Assembly: GCA_046563655.1 (NCBI GenBank) | Contig: CM102290.1 | Coordinates: 14,508,001 to 14,572,000, forward strand | Source: Yuukianura sp. NJ FZ-2021 | Lineage: Eukaryota | Reading direction: 5' to 3' | DNA length: 64,000 bases | Shown: positions 56,401 through 64,000 of the stretch, piece after piece | Numbering within the stretch: the first letter of the stretch is position 1 | Layout of the letters: each line of letters opens with the position of its first letter | Position numbers and translations under genes: made by a program | The notes under the pieces: generated by a model | Told to the model about the DNA's origin: nothing | Databases searched by the model: none | Seen by the model: only the letters and a program-made list of their open reading frames with translations

Positions 56401-58413
56401 ATTTTGATTCTGAAAGTTGAGAGAGACGTCAGACGTTTACAAGTGAATGAAAGACGGAAGGGAATAAGTTAGGTTTAACTTTTTTTTTTCTGGGCTGACC
56501 TGTTGACCTCTCAGTTTTTGGTGGAGTAGTTGACCTGTTGTGATCCCTGTGAGAAAGACATACATTTTGACCAGAGTTGCAATGACTTTACTGTTCGATT
56601 AGATTTTTTAAGGACTTCCTTGTAAATCATATCAGTTTAAACTAAAAGTAAAAAAAAAAGTTATGAGTAACAACATTTGGTTTTTAGAACAAGAAGTGGC
56701 GGTAAAATTTAAAAGTGAATTAAATTCAACTAGTTAAAGTTGAGTTTAAGTGCAGCTAAAGGTTAATCATTAGAGTTTAGCCGTTAGAAAAAAAATGAGA
56801 GGACAAAGAACCTTTGATAGCTTGATGGGCCACCATTGTTCCTAAAATAATCTCAATTCGTCAACATTTGGAAAATTTTTGGTCTAAAAAGCTCAAAAAC
56901 TGGCATTGTTTAAAAAAAAGTCTGTTAAAAACTTATTTCTCAGAATTTCTAAAAACGCCTCGAGAAATGGACTTTGATTTTTAAACTTTGAAACCAAAAA
57001 GTCTAAAAAGTGTCCCCTTCCGCACTTTTAGACATTTTTTTTGTTCTAAGTAGAACAAAAGACGACTTTATTTAAAAACATTGAGTTTTTTTAAAAGTGT
57101 TTTTTTTAAAGCAGACTTTGGCACAAAGTGTCAGTTTTAAATGATTTTTAAGTAATAGCATGCTGCCTGTCAAGTTTTTAGTGTGAAATTGGAAATTGAG
57201 ACAATTAGGGTCGTTAGCTCGTTGTGGTTGTTTTTTTTGTGCAAATTGCAAATTGCGAAATGTTTGTTTGCAAAAAGTGAAGTCGTTGAGAGTCTGTCTG
57301 AATTGGATGTAAATGTTGTAAGTAAATTATTTGCACTTTGGAGGTATATTAGCAACTTAAAAGTGTGTTTGCCGCCGCCGCCAAAAAAAAAAACTACGTA
57401 GGAACTTAAAAGTTATTTATGAAAAGCATAGACTTTGTGGATGGAGTCAGAGTGTTGTGAGGTTCAACGACGAACATAACCACGAAAGCCAAACATTTTT
57501 TTACTTTGCGGAGTTAGGCTGTGGAGGGAGAGGGTGGAATTGCAAATGCTGAGAAGAGCGAGCAGAATAGTTTGGCTCGAGGTTAATGACTGGGATAATT
57601 TGAAGGGCATTAAGCAACCACTTTTCAGAACAACCAAGAAAGCTTTGTCACGACCAAACATTTACATTTTTTTTCGAAGGTACACTTGTTTTTAAAAAAA
57701 GAATTTTGAAAAAGGAGCGGAATTTTCTAAAATAAAGTCAAGCCGGACCGGAGAATTCTCCAAAAAGTTAAGCCGGAGCAGGAAATATTAAAAAAAAAAT
57801 TGAGCCAGAGTGGGAAATATCCAAAAAAATTGAGCCAGAGTGGGAAATATTCAAAAAAATGAGCCAGAGTGGGAAATATTAAAAAAATTGAGCCAGAGTG
57901 GGAAATATTAAAAAAAATTGAGCCAGAGTGGGAAATATTAAAAAAAAGAGTCGTAGCGGGAAATATTCAAAAAATTTTAGCCGGAGTGGGAAATATTCTG
58001 AAAAAATGTGGGAAATATGGTGGGAAATACCGGGTAATTGAATCAGTTAATTTGTGTAGGGTGGGTATGTAACATGGTACATTGACCTAAAATTGGGAAG
58101 ATGAGATGCATTGTGTTTTTTGTTGCATTTTGTGCATAATGTGAAGGGGAGGGAAATGTTGAAGTAATGAAAGTTGATGAAATGTTTGATTAGTTAATTG
58201 TGATTAAGTGTTAACTTTTTGTTAATTGTAATTAAGTGTTGATGTTATTTTTTGTAGGACTGGGAAATGGTGGTTATGATGGAATTGTCGTACGACGTCT
58301 TCTGTTCCACTCCAGATGAGTTTATTGAACCACTCCTGTACAAGTTGCCGCCAGTGATTCCACATGACATCTTTGTCAAACAACTTACCAAGTACATGTC
58401 ATTCTGTTCCATT
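53498..58413 (+). CDS. CycD: Cyclin D-like (divergent), partial. Exons 53498-53785, 54085-54294, 58258-58414; 3' exons not recognised in the window
   Basis: N-terminal LxCxE (LSCDE); cyclin box QPDITRKMRQIVTGWMQELCDE...FPRAVGIMDRFLS...FQLLGATSILLSSK...LVVYTANS...DWEMVVMMELSYD..TPDEFIEPLL. Confidence 0.88.
54338..54485. repeat. Inverted repeat/hairpin with 37-bp arms (54338-54374, 54449-54485)
   Basis: 32/37 complementary; lies ~40 nt into cyclin D intron 2. Confidence 0.8.
57740..58030 (+). repeat. ~30-bp minisatellite (GAGCCAGAGTGGGAAATATTAAAAAAAATT)
   Basis: Five near-perfect copies plus degenerate flanking copies in the cyclin D intron. Confidence 0.92.
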
Positions 58414-59177
58414 GGTAAGTACTTTTTTTACTTTCTACTTTTGGATCAATTTTGTATCAAAATTTAGTTCGAAAGGTCGAAATTTAGTTTTTGGCAAAAT
58501 TCATAAGCTGGTTTGCCAAAAATTTAAAGGGAACAGCCAGGAACAGTGTTTGAAAAGTTGCAAAAACCAGATTTTTGAAAGACTTGAAGATTATAAGTTG
58601 GCCAACTTTTTGTGATAAAAATTAGGTTTTGAAATTTTTGAAAACAGTTTTTGAAAGTTTCCTGGGCGTTTCCTGTGCATTACAATTGAGTGTTTAGGTG
58701 TATGAGCCTAATAAGGCTGTAGAATGAGTGCGTGTATGCGAGGGAGATTTTAATTGTGTCCAGAGTTGGAGTACTGGGAGTATATTGTGCTGGTGAGTAT
58801 TTTAGAAGATACTGGATGATAATATAGGTTTGAGTGGTGAGGTTTAAGCGTATTAAAGATGTGTGTCTGTTAATTGAGAGTGATAATGATTTGAATTGAT
58901 TCAATTTAAAAAGTAGCTGCTGGTCCAGAGTCTTTGTATGGACGGTGTGTCACTTATGTATGGCCTGTCAGAGACTGGGATCTGTTGACATTGTGTTTCT
59001 CATTATCCCTCTGCTGGCTCAATTTAAGTTTCACTAATTATTCGCCCTACTTTACACTTCTGGAGGATCTGCACATACTCTTTACATCTGGACGCTTAGT
59101 AAGGCACGTGACCTGCCCAATTTGTTGTGACGGCGGGTTCTGGGTTAACCCTGTCTCACGTTTTGGTTCCCACTGCC

Positions 59178-59453
59178 TCTGGATATCCACTGGAAGAAAT
59201 CCACCCGAAATGGATGAAACTGGATGGAAGAAATTAAGAATTTAGCGCCAAATTCAAATTTAAAATTACAAAGTAATATCAAAAAGAGTTGGTTTCATCG
59301 TTAAAATTAATTTATTTACAACTCATACAAAACGGTATTTTGAATTATTTAAGCTTTTTGTATTTAATTTTTTAATTAATTCAAACCCCGCGGGCAAAGC
59401 TGCACCCCTTTGGATTCATCCATTTCGTCCATTTCTTCCACTGGATATCCAGA
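59178..59453. mobile_element. MITE-like element with ~40-bp terminal inverted repeats and AT-rich core
   Basis: TCTGGATATCCACTGGAAGAAAT...CGAAATGGATGAA versus TTCATCCATTTCG...ATTTCTTCCACTGGATATCCAGA. Confidence 0.7.
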
Positions 59454-62400
59454 CGTGGACGAAATGTGTAAAAAGTGGATATGTCCCACACTGGTTGAAA
59501 GTCACAGAGGTACAGGTCGACGTAAATTGAACTATGATTGTGGAATTGGGTGAAGACGTTGAAGTGGAAGGTGTGAAAAGTGTTTGAGATTGAGGAAGAT
59601 GCTGCGGAGGTAACAGTTGGTAGAGCAGAGATTCTTGGGAGATGAAACTTTGAATGTCTCAGTGTGCACGGAGATGAAGAGGCTGGAAGATCTTAAATCA
59701 TGGAGTCATAAGATTTAGGTTTAAATCAGTAGTGGCGGCAACTAATTTCAAAATTTTAATTCTGAAAAGTTATTTTGGAACAGTTTAAGCACGCGTCTAG
59801 AGTTGAGGAATTGGATCGGAGCATATGCTGATCGGCGGCCAGTGGAATTTGAACAGATTGGAGGAAGCAGGTTGGGCACGCCGCTCAAAAATTTTGCCAT
59901 TAAGAAATTGGGTTACGAGAGACTCACATTTTTTGAACTTTTTTTGTTGTTGTTGAGGTACTTTGAACCGCCAAAGTTTGAATAGTGAATGATTCATGAG
60001 AGGGAGATCTTGTTCATCTTTTAATGATTGGGATGTTTCTGGAAGATCGTAAACCTATGAAAAAATGTCTTTGTTCAGTTGTTCAATGGTCTACACCCTT
60101 TTCTTGTTTGAACACTTTTTAAAAAAAGAACATATTTTAAAAAAGGCGGGAGGAAGGTCAAGATCACCCGGGTATTTAAAAAAAATTTAATCTTAGGGGC
60201 GGGGGAGTTAAAAAGTTTAAATTTTTGGGGAAGCGGGGTTTAAAGTTTTGTATTTTTGGGGAAGCAGGGATTTAAAATTTCGAATTTTGAAGGTGGGGAT
60301 TTTTTGGAATTTGGAGTACTGTTATACTGTTTTTTGAAAAACCCGGGAGCGATAATTTGAAACTGGAACAGTACTGGAGGCGGGAAATTGATTATGGATT
60401 TTTCATAACGGAATTTGAAGTAAAGGATGTGTAGGGCTCGTGCCAAAGGGAACACTATGGATTACTATTTTAAAGTTATGTGGGGAAAAAGAGCGCGAAG
60501 ATACAAATTCAAAAGTTTGGAGATTTACGGTATTTTATAAGCGGTGAATTAATTTGAGGCTTGGAGGCATCATGCTCTACTCCAATTTTTAAACTTACAA
60601 ATTTTACAAGGGAGTTGAGAGTGGGAAAATTTAAAAGAAATTTTAAGCCGGATTCGTGTAACACTCGTAAGAAGGAAGACATGAAATCAATTTTTATAAT
60701 TTCTTTGAAAATTAATATTAAAATTGGTGGTAACACACGAATTGTAATTTAGGCGAATTTTGTACCAATTTGAAAGAATTTTGCACGAATTTGAGAGAGT
60801 TTTTTTTATGATTTTTGCATGAAATTGAATAAGTTCTGTGTGAAACGATAAAGTTTTTCAAACGTAAGAATTTGACAAATTCTGGATGAAATTGTGAAAA
60901 TTGTCTTCTCACTCATGATATTCATTTTTTTTTGAATTTGGGTATTTTGTTTTTGAAATTTTTGGTTTTGAACACAGGTAGGCAGGTTTCTTTAATTTTT
61001 TTTAAGTTAGTGGATGTCTAATTTGACTTTTTTTTTCTCGGAATTTTTGGAAACAAGTATTTGTACTTTGTCTGGTAAGGTACTAAACACTTTTAATTTA
61101 ATGACACTGTCATTGTGTCCCTTAAGTTTTTCTAAGCTTAGAACAGTTTTACCATCAACATGTTTTTTTAAATCCTCCCTCCTTTTCTGTCACTTTTTCT
61201 CATGGAATAGAACAAAACGGAGCTTTTTAAGTTTTAAAAACTAAGGAAAATTTTAAACTTTTTCCACCCAAGAAGATGGAGACAAATTACCTTCTTTGAA
61301 CTTTTTCAATGTCTACCTTTTTGTTAAAAAAAGAAGTTTCCCCCCATAAGCAATTTCATAAAGTTTTCTTAGAATTTGGTTCAAAATTTTGAGTTTCTTG
61401 GGGTTCAGAACATCAGAAAATCTTGAGTTTTCATTTTTTTTTTGTATTAAATTTGTTGGCTAGTTTGCACTTCTTCTTTTCGAAAAAACTGAATTTGGAA
61501 TACAAATAGTGTTTGTTAGGGACATTTTTATTGCGGGATTGTTTGAATTGCAATTTTTAAAAAAGAACAATGGATTGGAGGCAGTTTGTGTTAAAAGAGT
61601 AGTGACTAATCCCAGTGTTTCTTGTGTTAGTGTTGAGTTGAATTGGTGTGTTAGTTGGGAGTGAGTATTTTTCATTGTGATTCCTTTTGTTTACATGGAT
61701 TTCTGGAGCAATAGAGTAAATAGAAGAAATGAATGGAAGTAGGATGTGAAACTGGGAATTTTTAAGAGTTAAAACAAAGTGAGAAGGTGTTATTTTCCTA
61801 TCTCGCTCCTCATTATCACCTCCATGCACTTAGGTGAACAGAGGACATGACAATGGAGTAATTAATAAATGTTGATTTTACATTTTTTTTGTGACGGTGA
61901 AGCAGTAATCAGGTCCAAATATTCTTTCTCGAAATGGAATATTATGGGGGGATTTTTGTTGCAAAAAAATAGAAGTTAAATTGTTGCAAAAAATGGAAGA
62001 GAGAAAAAAACAGCAAGAAAAAAAAATAGATTATGGGGCGGCGTTCACAGCAAATTTTTGTTTACTTTTTTACGGGTTGATCCATATTATAATTGCAATA
62101 AAAATTTATAAATTATGGAGGGGTATTCGCACCAAAAGTTTTTTTTATTTCTGAAATTATAATTGCAAGAAAATGTGAATAATTATGGGGAGGTATGCCA
62201 TTCTCTTTTTTAGGATAAATTGGCACAGATTAATAAAAAAAATATGCTAGTTGGTTAGTAGCGTTAAAGTATGGAATGGCGTTCGTGTTACAATTTTTTG
62301 TGAGTTTTAAATTTTTTAAAAGTTATTTGTAGGGTACTGTAGCTACTTTTTTGTGGATGATTTAAAAAGAAATATTTGGCGGGTGAGTATGATTGTTGTT

Positions 62401-64000
62401 TTGAAAACAGAGGTTGAGGAATGTGTGAAGGTAGAGGTATGGAGGGGTCTCTGTGTGGCGCTAGAATTTGAAAATTAGGAGTAATGGAACCTTTAGCAGC
62501 AGGAGCAGGTATCAAACGTTATTATTTGGGAGATCTTTGGATTTTTTGTGTTGATCTGCAGGAGGATTTGGTCAGTTTTCTTTTTCTTCCACTGGCACTT
62601 CAATTAGTTGTCTTTTCTTTTGAGGGGCAAATGAGGAGAGATGTACCCTTAAGAGGTACCCTTGTCAAGTGGAACAAAGGACTTGGCCAAGTCCCTCCCC
62701 CTTGAGATGGTCCAGGTTTTTAAGAATGATGAACTGACCCAGACAAAGCAAAATCAGTTCCTGTACCGCCGACAGAGTCTGACTCTCGGCGTCCTTAAGT
62801 CCCCCCTCCCCTGCACTTTTTTGGAGAAGAAGTTGTTGTTTGGGTTAAGGTTGTGGAATCTCGGAGAAAAGCTACCAAAGTGGGTCTTAACTCCATTTAT
62901 CATCTCATCTTCCCATTGTTTCCTTGTGATCTTCTCAGGTTGTGTCCCTTCCTGGGTTAAGGTTACCCTATACTTGCCCGGTTAAGGCTATACTGGAGGA
63001 ATTTTCACTCAAAAAGTACCCAGGCAACATACTTTGCACTTTTTGTGTCCTTTTTTGCACTTGCACTCTCACTGGGGTAATGTGCAACAAATTAAATTGA
63101 CCCGGTTTGAGGAATTTGGAACCTGGATCAACTTTCAGTTTTTATTCAACGGACCTGCATTTTTCCTCCTTTCTTTTCTAATAACTTTCCTTTGTTTGAG
63201 AATTTTTACATTTTTTGGCATGTACCCATCATAGTGCAACCCAAACAACAAGGTTGTTTGGGTTTCTTTAGTTTTCCTTGAGGTGGGCCAGTATTGCAAA
63301 TATTTCCCACTTTTCTGAGTGGACAAGTTTTTTGGAATTGGGTTTTTTTTATGGTAGAATTGACATTGACACTTTTCTTTTAGCTGAATTTTTGTTATTT
63401 TATGTCTGAAAAGTTCAAGGTTTTTGTGCAGAATTTGTTTTTTTTTAGCGGGTCAATGGATAGTTTGTTGACGTTTTGGTTTTGGTGTGTTTGGAGAGTG
63501 AGTGGTTGAATGTTGACGGTGGACAAGAAAGAGATGGTTGATGGAAGGTGTTAATGAGTAGAAATGATTAACAAAGCGGGAAAGTGTTAATTTATGAAAA
63601 GAAAGAAAAGAGGAAGGCATGCTGAGTGAAATATGATTTTGTAGGCTTATTGGGTGGTTTTGTTTGGGTGTGAGATATTTTGGGAAGCAGTGTCTGGCTA
63701 CTTGGGATTCTTTTTCAAAATTTCGATTCATTGTGTTGTGGAATTTGTGATGATGATGAATTAGTTGTTGGAGGTGGTAAAGTTATTGAATTCGGTTCGA
63801 CTGCACAGGAGCGGGAATTTTTTGAATTTTAGTTCCAAGGTATTTTGAGGTATTAATTAATTGAAGAAAGTCATGTTGAGCATTCCATAACTCAAACCTT
63901 TTGTAAAAACGATAATTATAGATTTAAAAGTGTGTTATTAGGGTTTTGAATTTATTTTTGAAAAAGAAAACATTGAAAAAAAGCATGTCATCTTTAAACT

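Noticed and set aside
57869..58072. ORF with repeated KKIEPEWEIL
   Set aside because: Translation of the 30-bp intronic minisatellite.
59801..59985. Possible next cyclin D exon (phase-compatible, ELRNWIGAYADRR...)
   Set aside because: Poor polypyrimidine tract and no resemblance to the cyclin C-terminal fold.

Overview
AT-rich, intron-rich eukaryotic DNA. The CLIP-domain protease homolog and overall gene set point to an arthropod; springtail is a guess from composition only. Positions 1-4.7 kb are a foldback-like repeat block: alternating-orientation ~40-bp units plus a ~730-bp inverted repeat. Positions 6.7-35.4 kb are a compact block of 11 spliced genes: NF-YA, diaphanous, MTPAP, SmG, Piwi/Aub, UTP11, VPS36-like, UFM1-like, GATAD1-like, mRpL21 and a two-Tudor-domain protein. 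Positions 35.5-64 kb are gene-sparse, with a CLIP serine-protease homolog (-), a ~10-kb divergent intergenic region rich in nuclear-receptor motifs, and a divergent cyclin D (+) whose remaining exons I could not find in the window. Most notable: (i) a slicer-intact Piwi and an RG-bearing Tudor gene flank three altered housekeeping homologs (GLUE-less VPS36, divergent UFM1, GATA-finger-less GATAD1); (ii) an unrecognised 115-aa exon splices in frame onto NF-YA; (iii) perfect AGGTCA DR1/IR1 elements are strongly over-represented. All gene models were spliced and translated by eye, comparisons to known proteins are from memory, and no database searches were run.
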